A DNA stretch of 34,073 bases from an uncultured Ilumatobacteraceae bacterium. Its GTDB lineage: Bacteria > Actinomycetota > Acidimicrobiia > Acidimicrobiales > Ilumatobacteraceae. Of this stretch, positions 17,874-25,296 are shown one piece after another. Each line of letters starts with the position of its first letter. Position 1 is the stretch's first letter. The notes under the pieces are model-generated. The model was not told the origin of the DNA and did not search any database. It saw nothing but the letters and a program-made list of their open reading frames with translations. The position numbers and the translations under genes were made by a program. The stretch covers positions 1 to 34,073 of the forward strand of contig CAYRXQ010000004.1 of the NCBI GenBank assembly GCA_964428115.1, given 5' to 3'.

Positions 17874-19097
17874 TCAGGGGGTCGGGGTCGGCTCCGGTGT
17901 CGATGTCAACACCTTGGCAGCCAGGTACGTCGAGATCGGCACCGAGGCGACCAGGCCGATCGAGCCCACCAGGGCGCGGACCACCTCGACCGCCACGATC
18001 TCGCGGGTGACCACCGAGCCGACCGACTGGGCGGCCTCGGTGAACAGCAGCAGCAGGGGCAGCGACGCGCCGGCGTAGGCGAGGAAGAGGGTGTTGACCG
18101 TGGACGAGATGTGGTCGCGCCCGATCCGCAGCGCCGGTCGGACCAGCTCGGTCGAGCTCCACGCCGGGTTCGCCCGCCGCAGCTCCCACACGGCCGAGAC
18201 CTGGGTGACGGTGACGTCGTCGAGCACACCGAGCGATCCGATCACCACACCGGCCAGCACGATGCCGCGGGCGTCCAGCCCGGAGCCGAGGCCGAGCAGC
18301 AGCAGGCTCGACTCGTCGGCGTAGCCGGTGAGGTGGGTGGCCTGGACGAACACCCACGACAGCAGTGCGGTCACCACCAGGCTCGCGAAGGTCGACAGCA
18401 GGGCCACGGCCGTGCCGACGCCGGGACCGTGGGCGAGGAACAGGGCGACGAACGCGATCACCGAGGCCGTCACGAGCGCGACCGGCACCGCCGGGTTCTG
18501 GTCGAGGAGTGAGGGCAGCAGGTAGAGCACGATGACCAACAGGCTCAGCGCCAGCCCGGCCAGTGCACCGAGCCCGCGCCATCGTCCGAGCAGCAGGACC
18601 GCGACCACGAAGCACAGGACCAGCAGCAACATCGGCGTGCTGCGCTGGAACTCGTAGAAGCTGTAGCTGGTCGTGCCGTCCTCGAAGACGGTGAGCAGCA
18701 CGTCGATCCCGTCGCCCACACCGAACCGACTGTCGAGGGTGACCTCCATCGCCACGACCGTGCCGGCGTCGGGTCCGCTCGCGGGTTCGAGCCCCACGAG
18801 CCGACAGGCCAGCAGCGGGTCGTAGGAGCAGGGCACCTCGGTCACGCTCACGACCCGGGCCCCGATCGGGTCGGCCTCGAGGCCGAGCGGATCGGTGCGG
18901 CCCGCCCCACCGCCGGGCCAGAAGGCGACGACCCCGATGAGCGTCAGGAGGGCGCAGATCGCGACGGCGATCCACAGCACCCGGCGGACCTCGGGTGACG
19001 TGTGGAGGTCGTCGGCTCCGCCGTGATGGTGATGGTGGACGTGCATGGCAGGGCCAGTGTGATCCATCGAGACCCGACAACGGGAGCATCGGGCCAT
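17874..19097 (-). CDS. YibE/F-family integral membrane protein with a His-rich N-terminus
   Basis: 407 aa. The N-terminus is MHVHHHHHGG, followed by one TM helix, an extracytoplasmic domain of about 100 aa, and 6-7 TM helices typical of YibE/F. Three in-frame ATGs exist (19097, 19067, 19046), so the start is uncertain. Confidence 0.7.
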   Translation of the reverse strand: MARCSRCRVSMDHTGPAMHVHHHHHGGADDLHTSPEVRRVLWIAVAICALLTLIGVVAFWPGGGAGRTDPLGLEADPIGARVVSVTEVPCSYDPLLACRLVGLEPASGPDAGTVVAMEVTLDSRFGVGDGIDVLLTVFEDGTTSYSFYEFQRSTPMLLLVLCFVVAVLLLGRWRGLGALAGLALSLLVIVLYLLPSLLDQNPAVPVALVTASVIAFVALFLAHGPGVGTAVALLSTFASLVVTALLSWVFVQATHLTGYADESSLLLLGLGSGLDARGIVLAGVVIGSLGVLDDVTVTQVSAVWELRRANPAWSSTELVRPALRIGRDHISSTVNTLFLAYAGASLPLLLLFTEAAQSVGSVVTREIVAVEVVRALVGSIGLVASVPISTYLAAKVLTSTPEPTPTP

Positions 19098-19103
19098 GGG
19101 GTA

Positions 19104-19132
19104 TTGACGATCATCGATATAGCCGGTAGGTT
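19104..19132 (+). promoter_or_regulatory. Putative sigma-70-type promoter driving a leaderless cadI/arsI-like transcript
   Basis: TTGACG (19104-19109), a 17-nt spacer, then TAGGTT (19127-19132). The ATG at 19139 lies 6 nt after the -10 hexamer and no Shine-Dalgarno sequence is present. Confidence 0.45.
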
Positions 19133-19138
19133 GCTGCC

Positions 19139-19552
19139 ATGCGCCTGCAACTCGCCCTCAACGTCCAGGATCTCGACGAGGCCGTCGACTTCTACTCCCG
19201 CATGTTCGGCACCGAGCCCGCCAAGCGCAAGCCCGGCTACGCCAACTTCGCGATCGAGAACCCGCCACTCAAGCTGGTGCTCTTCGAAGGTGACGGCGAG
19301 CCCGGGTCGATCAACCACCTGGGGGTGGAGACCGAGACCGCCGAGGAGGTCGAGGCAGCCGAGGCACGCCTGACGGGCTCGGGCCTCGAGACCACCGGCG
19401 TCGACGACACGATGTGCTGCTACGCGCTCAAGACCGAGACCTGGGTCGACGGCCCCGACGGGACGAAGTGGGAGTGGTACGTCAAGACCGGCGACACCGA
19501 GCAGCTGGTGAACGTCAGCCTCGGTCGCGCCGAGAACACCTGCTGTTCCTGA
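19139..19552 (+). CDS. CadI/ArsI-family VOC (glyoxalase-fold) metalloenzyme
   Basis: 137 aa. It is close to M. tuberculosis CadI (QLALNVxDL...FYSxxFG..PAKxxPGYANFAIxxPPLKLVL.EG). It has the vicinal Cys pair (TMCCYALK) that is characteristic of ArsI C-As lyase and CadI. Confidence 0.85.
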   Translation: MRLQLALNVQDLDEAVDFYSRMFGTEPAKRKPGYANFAIENPPLKLVLFEGDGEPGSINHLGVETETAEEVEAAEARLTGSGLETTGVDDTMCCYALKTETWVDGPDGTKWEWYVKTGDTEQLVNVSLGRAENTCCS

Positions 19553-21268
19553 TCAGCCCCGGTAGCCGCTGGTGATCGGCATGCGGCGGTCCTTGCCGAA
19601 GGCCTTGCGGGTGACCCGCACCCCCGGTGGCGTCTGGCGTCGCTTGTACTCGGCGATGTCGACGAGTCGGGTCACCCGCCGCACCGCGGCCTCGTCGTGG
19701 CCCAACTCGACGATCTCGGCGGAAGTGCGGTCGTCCTCGACGTAGAGGCGCAGGATCGGGTCGAGCAGCTCGTAGGGCGGCAGCGACTGGTCGTCGCGCT
19801 GATCGGGACGCAGCTCGGCCGACGGCGGCTTGGTGATGACGTTCTCGGGGATCACCTCGCGACCGGCCGCCCGGTTGACGTAGCGACACAGGTCGTAGAC
19901 CCGCATCTTGAGCACGTCCTTGATCACCGCGTAGCCGCCCACCGAGTCGCCGTAGATCGTGAAGTACCCGACCGCCAGCTCGCTCTTGTTGCCGGTGGTC
20001 AGCACCATCCACCCGAACTCGTTCGAGAGGGCCATGAGGAGCTGGCCGCGACACCGGCTCTGCAGGTTCTCGTAGGTGAGCCCGGGCTCGCGGCCCTCGA
20101 AGGAGGGGCCGAGCATGTCGAGGTAGGCCTGGAAGGCCGGCTCGATCGAGATCGTCCGGTAGTCGATGCCGAGGTTGTCGGCGAGCAGCTCGGCGTCGCT
20201 GCGGGAGTGGTCGCTCGAGTAGCGCGACGGCATCGAGACCCCGTGGACGTGGTCGGGGCCGAGCGCGTCGGCGGCGACGCAGGCCACGATCGTGGAGTCG
20301 ATGCCGCCCGACAGGCCGATCACCACGTCGGTGAACCCGTTCTTGCGGCAGTAGTCGCGAGTACCGAGCACGAGCGCGTCGTACAGCTCGCGGTCGGCGT
20401 CGAGGTGCTCGACCACCGGCGAGGCCGGGCCCACGTGCGCGGCCGGCTCCGAGGACACGTGCACCACCGGGAGCTCCACCTCGGTGCGACGACCGCGCGG
20501 GTCGAGGAGGCGCTTGCGGTAGACCGGCGGGATCGGCACGTCGACGATCAGCAGCTCCTCGGTGAACTGCCCGGCGCGGGCCAGGAGGTTGCCCTCGGCA
20601 TCGAACGCGACCGAACCACCGTCGAACACCAGCTCGTCCTGGCCGCCCACCTGGTTCACGTAGACGAGCGCGCTGTGGGCGTCCGCGGCCCGGGTGGCGA
20701 GCATCCGCTCCCGCTCGACGGCCTTGCCCACGTGATAGGGGGAGCCGTTGATGTTGACGCTCAGCTCGGCGCCGCCGGCGGCCTGGGTGGCGAGCGGGCC
20801 GACCGGGCTCCAGATGTCCTCGCAGATCGAGATGCCGACCTTGACCCCGCCGATCACGTAGAGCTCGAGCGGGTCGTTCTCGGTGCCGGGGGTGAAGTAG
20901 CGCGCTTCGTCGAACACGGCGTAGTTCGGGAGCAGACGCTTGCGGTAGGTACCGACCACTGCGCCGTTCGCGCAGACGGCGGCCGCGTTGTAGAGGTCGC
21001 GGTCGACGTCGACGAAGCCGACCACGGCAGCACACGCACCGGTGTGCGCGGCGAAGCGCTCGAGTGCGCGGAGGTTGTCGACCACGAAGCCGGGCTTGAG
21101 CACCAGATCCTCGGGCGGGTACCCGGTGGTCGACAGCTCGGGGAAGGCGACGAGGTCGCTCCCGGCCGCGACCGCACGGTCGTAGGCGTCGACGAGCTTG
21201 GCCAGGTTGCCCTCGAGATCGCCCACCGTGGGGTTCACCTGGGCGAGCGCGATGCGCAGCACGGTCAC
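19553..21268 (-). CDS. nadE: Glutamine-dependent NAD+ synthetase (N-terminal CN-hydrolase/glutaminase plus C-terminal synthetase)
   Basis: 571 aa. The nitrilase-type domain includes FPELSTTGYPPEDL and ICEDIW. The PP-loop synthetase domain includes VIGLSGGIDSTI. Confidence 0.95.
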   Translation of the reverse strand: MTVLRIALAQVNPTVGDLEGNLAKLVDAYDRAVAAGSDLVAFPELSTTGYPPEDLVLKPGFVVDNLRALERFAAHTGACAAVVGFVDVDRDLYNAAAVCANGAVVGTYRKRLLPNYAVFDEARYFTPGTENDPLELYVIGGVKVGISICEDIWSPVGPLATQAAGGAELSVNINGSPYHVGKAVERERMLATRAADAHSALVYVNQVGGQDELVFDGGSVAFDAEGNLLARAGQFTEELLIVDVPIPPVYRKRLLDPRGRRTEVELPVVHVSSEPAAHVGPASPVVEHLDADRELYDALVLGTRDYCRKNGFTDVVIGLSGGIDSTIVACVAADALGPDHVHGVSMPSRYSSDHSRSDAELLADNLGIDYRTISIEPAFQAYLDMLGPSFEGREPGLTYENLQSRCRGQLLMALSNEFGWMVLTTGNKSELAVGYFTIYGDSVGGYAVIKDVLKMRVYDLCRYVNRAAGREVIPENVITKPPSAELRPDQRDDQSLPPYELLDPILRLYVEDDRTSAEIVELGHDEAAVRRVTRLVDIAEYKRRQTPPGVRVTRKAFGKDRRMPITSGYRG

Positions 21269-21316
21269 GGCGTCAGGCTACGACGCGCCGCGACGCGGGC
21301 CGCGAGCGGGGCCCCA

Positions 21317-21354
21317 TTCACAGAGCATTCACAATCGGGACACGGCGGGGAAAC
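21317..21354 (+). promoter_or_regulatory. Putative GlnR operator: four pentamers with 11-bp phasing (TTCAC-n6-TTCAC-n6-GACAC-n6-GAAAC)
   Basis: Read directly from the sequence, with sites at 21317-21321, 21328-21332, 21339-21343 and 21350-21354. It resembles the actinomycete GlnR box gTnAc-n6-GaAAc and its AC-n9-AC core. It lies in the nadE/glnII divergent intergenic region, and a glnR gene is present in the same window. Confidence 0.55.
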
Positions 21355-21414
21355 CCCCTCCCGACACAGTGCCGTCGCCCCTAACTACCTGTGAACATCG
21401 AGAGGACGGTCCAC

Positions 21415-22428
21415 GTGGCCTACCAAGCCGAGTACATCTGGCTCGACGGAACCGAGCCGACGCAGCAGCTGCGCAGCAAGACCAAGATCATCGCCGACGG
21501 CACCGATGCGCCGCCGATCTGGGGCTTCGACGGCTCCAGCACCAACCAGGCCGACGGCGAGCACTCCGACTGCGTGCTCCAGCCCGTGTTCACCTGCCCG
21601 GACCCGATCCGTGGCGGCGACAACATCCTGGTGCTGTGCGAGGTGCTCGACGCATCGACGATGAAGCCGCACTCGACCAACACCCGCGCCGCGGCCGCCC
21701 GCGTCGCCAAGAAGTACGCCAAGTACGACATGTGGTTCGGCCTCGAGCAGGAGTACACGATGCTCCGCCCCGACGGCTCCCCGCTCGGCTTCCCCAAGGA
21801 CGGCTTCCCCGGCCCGCAGGGCCCGTACTACTGCGGCGTCGGCACCGGCAAGATCGTCGGCCGTGACATCGTCGAGGAGCACACGCAGGCCTGCCTCGAT
21901 GCCGGCCTCGCGATCTCGGGCACCAACCCCGAGGTCATGCCCGGCCAGTGGGAGTTCCAGATCGGCCCGCTCGGCACCGTCGAGGTCGGCGACCACCTGT
22001 GGGTCGCCCGTTGGCTGCTCCATCGCATCGCCGAGGATTACGACGTCGTCATCAGCCTCGACGCCAAGCCCGTGAAGGGCGACTGGAACGGCGCCGGCTG
22101 CCACACGAACTTCTCGACCAACGAGATGCGCGAGAGCTACGCCGCCATCGACGCCGCCTGCAAGGCGATCGGCAAGAAGGTCGACCAGCACGTGAGCAAC
22201 TACGGCCACGACATCGAGAGCCGCCTCACCGGCAAGCACGAGACGGCCCCGTACAACAAGTTCTCGTACGGCGTCTCGAACCGTGGCGCCTCGATCCGCA
22301 TCCCGTGGCAGGTCGAGAAGGACGGCAAGGGCTACGCCGAGGATCGTCGCCCGAACGCCAACGTCGATCCGTACGTGGTCGCGCGGCTGATCACCGACAC
22401 CGTCTGCAGCGACGCTGCAGCCAAGTGA
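21415..22428 (+). CDS. glnII: Glutamine synthetase type II (eukaryote-like GSII)
   Basis: The sequence YQAEYIWLDGTEPTQQLRSKTKII...PIWGFDGSSTNQA...PDPIRGGDNILVLCEV is near-colinear with Streptomyces GlnII (about 340 aa). The GTG at 21415 is preferred because AGAGGA (21401-21406) lies 8 nt upstream. The track's alternative GTG at 21391 would add 8 codons. Confidence 0.9.
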   Translation: MAYQAEYIWLDGTEPTQQLRSKTKIIADGTDAPPIWGFDGSSTNQADGEHSDCVLQPVFTCPDPIRGGDNILVLCEVLDASTMKPHSTNTRAAAARVAKKYAKYDMWFGLEQEYTMLRPDGSPLGFPKDGFPGPQGPYYCGVGTGKIVGRDIVEEHTQACLDAGLAISGTNPEVMPGQWEFQIGPLGTVEVGDHLWVARWLLHRIAEDYDVVISLDAKPVKGDWNGAGCHTNFSTNEMRESYAAIDAACKAIGKKVDQHVSNYGHDIESRLTGKHETAPYNKFSYGVSNRGASIRIPWQVEKDGKGYAEDRRPNANVDPYVVARLITDTVCSDAAAK

Positions 22429-22459
22429 CCCGCGACGACTGAGCCCGGGGAGGGCGTTC

Positions 22460-22494
22460 GAACGGGGCCCGGGGTCGATCCCCGGGCCCCGTTC
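22460..22494 (+). terminator. Perfect 15-bp GC-rich stem-loop downstream of glnII (probable terminator or attenuator)
   Basis: The stem-loop is GAACGGGGCCCGGGG-TCGAT-CCCCGGGCCCCGTTC. It begins 32 nt after the glnII stop, and a short TTTT run follows 14 nt after the stem. Confidence 0.6.
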
Positions 22495-22536
22495 CGCGTG
22501 CCCAGGTTTTCCCGCCAGACTGGAGAGGTGAGCAAC

Positions 22537-23874
22537 ATGCTCGACCAACACCGCGACTACGTGCTGCGCACGGTGGAAGAACGCGGGGTCCGGCTCGTCC
22601 GGCTCTGGTTCACCGACGTGCTCGGCAACCTCAAGAGCTTCGCGATCAGCCCTGCCGAGCTCGAGAACGCGCTCGCCGACGGGATGACCTTCGACGGGTC
22701 CTCGATCGACGGCTTCTCCCGGGTCCAGGAGTCCGACGTCCTCGCGGTCCCCGACCCCGACACCTTCGAGATCCTCCCCTGGGCCGGGCGCGACGCTGCC
22801 GAGGCCCGGGTGTTCTGCGACATCCACCACCTCGACGGCGACCCCTTCGAGGGCGATCCCCGTCAGGTGCTGCGCCGCCACGTGCGCGCCGCGCACGAGC
22901 TGGGCTACACGTTCTACGTCGCACCCGACATCGAGTTCTTCTACTTCGAGCCCCCGGTGCCCGGCCAGCCGCCCAAGCCGCTCGACGAGGGCAGCTTCTT
23001 CGACCTGACCACCACCGACGCCACCGGCGATCTGCGCAAGCAGACCATCCGCACCCTCGAGCAACTCGGTATCCCGGTGGAGTACAGCTTCCACGAGGAC
23101 GCGCCCAGCCAGCACGAGATCGACCTGCGCCACACCGACGCTCTGACCATGGCCGACAGCGTCATGACCTTCCGCCTCGCCGTCCGCGAGGTCGCAGCCC
23201 GACAGGGCGTCTACGCCACGTTCATGCCCAAGCCCCTCGAGGGCGTCCAGGGCTCGGGCATGCACCTGCACCTCTCGCTGTTCCAGGGCGACGAGAACGC
23301 GTTCCACGACCCCGACGACCCGTACAACCTGTCGCCGGTGGCCAAGTCGTTCATGGCCGGCCTGCTCCGCCACGCCGCCGAGATCACCGCGATCACGAAC
23401 CAGACGGTCAACAGCTACAAGCGGCTCGTGCCCGGCTTCGAGGCCCCCGTGCACCTGAGCTGGGCCCGCAACAACCGCTCGGGGCTGATCCGGGTGCCGG
23501 TGCCCAAGCGCGCGAACCCGTCGGCGACCCGCATCGAGTACCGCTCCCCCGATCCGGCCTGCAACCCGTACCTCGCGTTCAGCGTGCTGCTGGCCGCCGG
23601 ACTGCGCGGCGTGACCGAGGGCTACGAGCTCCCGCCCGAGGCCGACGCGAACCTGTTCGAGGCCGACGACGCCGCACTCGCCGCGCTCGGGGTCGGCCAG
23701 CTCCCGCAGTCGCTCGCCGAGGCGCTCGCCGTGATGGAGCGCTCCGAGCTCGTTCGTGAGGCGCTCGGTGAGCACATCTTCGAGTGGTTCCTGCGCAACA
23801 AGCGCACCGAGTGGCGGGGCTACAAGACCCACGTCAGCACGTTCGAGCTCGAGCGCTACCTGAGGTCGATCTGA
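22537..23874 (+). CDS. glnA: Glutamine synthetase type I (about 445 aa)
   Basis: The ATG at 22537 is preceded by GGAGAGG (22522-22528). GSI motifs are present: RLWFTDVLGNLKSF, FDGSSIDGF, GSGMHLHLSLF, NSYKRLVPGFEAP and RIEYRSPD. Confidence 0.9.
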   Translation: MLDQHRDYVLRTVEERGVRLVRLWFTDVLGNLKSFAISPAELENALADGMTFDGSSIDGFSRVQESDVLAVPDPDTFEILPWAGRDAAEARVFCDIHHLDGDPFEGDPRQVLRRHVRAAHELGYTFYVAPDIEFFYFEPPVPGQPPKPLDEGSFFDLTTTDATGDLRKQTIRTLEQLGIPVEYSFHEDAPSQHEIDLRHTDALTMADSVMTFRLAVREVAARQGVYATFMPKPLEGVQGSGMHLHLSLFQGDENAFHDPDDPYNLSPVAKSFMAGLLRHAAEITAITNQTVNSYKRLVPGFEAPVHLSWARNNRSGLIRVPVPKRANPSATRIEYRSPDPACNPYLAFSVLLAAGLRGVTEGYELPPEADANLFEADDAALAALGVGQLPQSLAEALAVMERSELVREALGEHIFEWFLRNKRTEWRGYKTHVSTFELERYLRSI

Positions 23875-23877
23875 GCG

Positions 23878-24576
23878 ATGGCGGCACGCGACGCGCTCGG
23901 CCTGTTGGTGGTGTTCGGCAACCCGGTGTCGCCGGAGCTGTCGCGCACCCTCGACCTGTCGGGGCACCGCTGGAAGGCGGTCGCCTCGGCCGACGAGGCC
24001 GCCTCGGCGTCGCCGACCGACGGGTGGGCCGGAGCGATCGTCGAGTGCACCGCCGACCCCGAGTCGGCCTGGGCCTTCGCCCGCACCGTTCGTGGCCGTG
24101 AGCAGTCGGTCCTGCCGACGCTGGTGCTGGTGGGCGGGGCGCAGCTCGACGACCTGCAGCTGCGCGACGAGCTGTTCGACGACTTCTGCCTCGCCCCGTT
24201 CCACCCCTCCGAGCTCGAGGCCCGGCTGCGCCACCTCCTCCACCGCTCGGGTGGCACGACCAGCGTGGAGCTGGTCGAGTACGGCGACCTGTTGCTCAAC
24301 CTCGAGACCTACCAGGCCTCGATCGCCGGTCACCCCCTCGACCTGACGTACATGGAGTACGAGCTGCTGAAGTTCCTGGCCCAGAACCCGGGCAAGGTCT
24401 TCACCCGCGAGATGCTGCTGTCACGGGTGTGGGGCTACGAGTACTACGGCGGCGCCCGAACGGTGGACGTCCACGTCCGGCGCCTGCGCGCCAAGCTCGG
24501 CGAGGAGCACGCCGGGCTGATCCAGACGGTCCGTTCGGTCGGCTACCGATTCGGTCAGAGCCGCTGGGGCACCTGA
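23878..24576 (+). CDS. glnR: OmpR-family nitrogen regulator GlnR (atypical receiver plus winged-helix DNA-binding domain)
   Basis: The C-terminal domain ([72 protein letters not shown]) is nearly identical in pattern to Streptomyces GlnR. The receiver lacks the N-terminal acidic DD pocket, as in orphan GlnR proteins. The gene begins 3 nt after the glnA stop. Confidence 0.8.
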   Translation: MAARDALGLLVVFGNPVSPELSRTLDLSGHRWKAVASADEAASASPTDGWAGAIVECTADPESAWAFARTVRGREQSVLPTLVLVGGAQLDDLQLRDELFDDFCLAPFHPSELEARLRHLLHRSGGTTSVELVEYGDLLLNLETYQASIAGHPLDLTYMEYELLKFLAQNPGKVFTREMLLSRVWGYEYYGGARTVDVHVRRLRAKLGEEHAGLIQTVRSVGYRFGQSRWGT

Positions 24577-24594
24577 CCTCCGGCGATCGACAGG

Positions 24595-25296
24595 TCAGAG
24601 CTGCTCGAGCAGTTCGGTGACCGCTGCGGCGGTGACCTCGGCGAAGCGGTCGGAGCCGGCCGGCGTCGGGTGCACCCCGTCGCTCGTGAGGACCCCGGGC
24701 TCCTCGGCGGGTGCGGCCCAATCGGCCACCACCGACCGATCCCGTGCACCGAGCACGTCGCGCAGCACGAGGTTGAAGACCTCGCTCGCCTCACCACGAG
24801 CGCGGAACCAGGTATCGACCCACACCAGCGGGGCGGCCGGTGGGATCTCGGCGAGGAGCAGCTCGATCTGCTTCCGGTAGGCGTCGGCGCCGTCGAACTG
24901 CCCGATGTCGTTGGTGCCGAGGGCCACCACCCACACGTCGGGCGGGGTGCTGGCGGCGACGAAGCGGATCACGTCGGCCCCGGGGGTCAGCACGCGGGTC
25001 CCGACGTTCATGCGCCGCCCGACCTGGGCGTCGATCGCCGAGACCGTGAGCCCGGTGGCGGCCAGGGCGACCTCGAGGGCCGGCGTGGAGGCGACGGTGA
25101 TGGAGTCGCCGACCATCACCAGGTCGACGGCCGGTGTCGGCGGTGCCCCACCGGCGACGGTGCCACGGTCGGCAGCGGCGGCCAGCCCCTCGAGCCCGGG
25201 CTCCTCGAGCGTCGGACGGGCGCCGGTCGGGGTGCAGGCCGCGGCGAGCGCGCCGATCCCGGCCAGCAGCAGTGTCCGCCGGTCGATCGGCCTCAT
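24595..25296 (-). CDS. SGNH/GDSL-family hydrolase lipoprotein
   Basis: The signal peptide has a twin-Arg and a lipobox (MRPIDRRTLLLAGIGALAAAC). SGNH blocks are present: VMVGDSIT (block I), LGTNDIG (block III) and SDGVHPT (block V). The ATG at 25296 overlaps the upstream stop (ATGA). Confidence 0.8.
   Translation of the reverse strand: MRPIDRRTLLLAGIGALAAACTPTGARPTLEEPGLEGLAAAADRGTVAGGAPPTPAVDLVMVGDSITVASTPALEVALAATGLTVSAIDAQVGRRMNVGTRVLTPGADVIRFVAASTPPDVWVVALGTNDIGQFDGADAYRKQIELLLAEIPPAAPLVWVDTWFRARGEASEVFNLVLRDVLGARDRSVVADWAAPAEEPGVLTSDGVHPTPAGSDRFAEVTAAAVTELLEQL

Noticed and set aside
17845-19089. N-terminal roughly 415 codons of the 647-aa ORF containing the Nudix domain
   Set aside because: It overlaps the YibE/F membrane-protein gene in another frame and is Arg/Gly/Pro-rich. 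The Nudix protein starts at the ATG at 17844.
22429-22536. Glutamine riboswitch (glnA RNA motif) upstream of glnA
   Set aside because: The region contains a single perfect hairpin rather than the three-stem E-loop/pseudoknot architecture. That riboswitch class is known from cyanobacteria and marine metagenomes, not Actinomycetota.
21385-24333. 982-aa minus-strand ORF spanning glnII, glnA and part of glnR
   Set aside because: It is antisense to three genes that have unmistakable homology. Its translation is Arg/Gly/Val/Asp-rich low-complexity sequence (runs of RR, GG, DR) with no motifs. This is a typical stop-codon-poor shadow frame in about 70% GC DNA.
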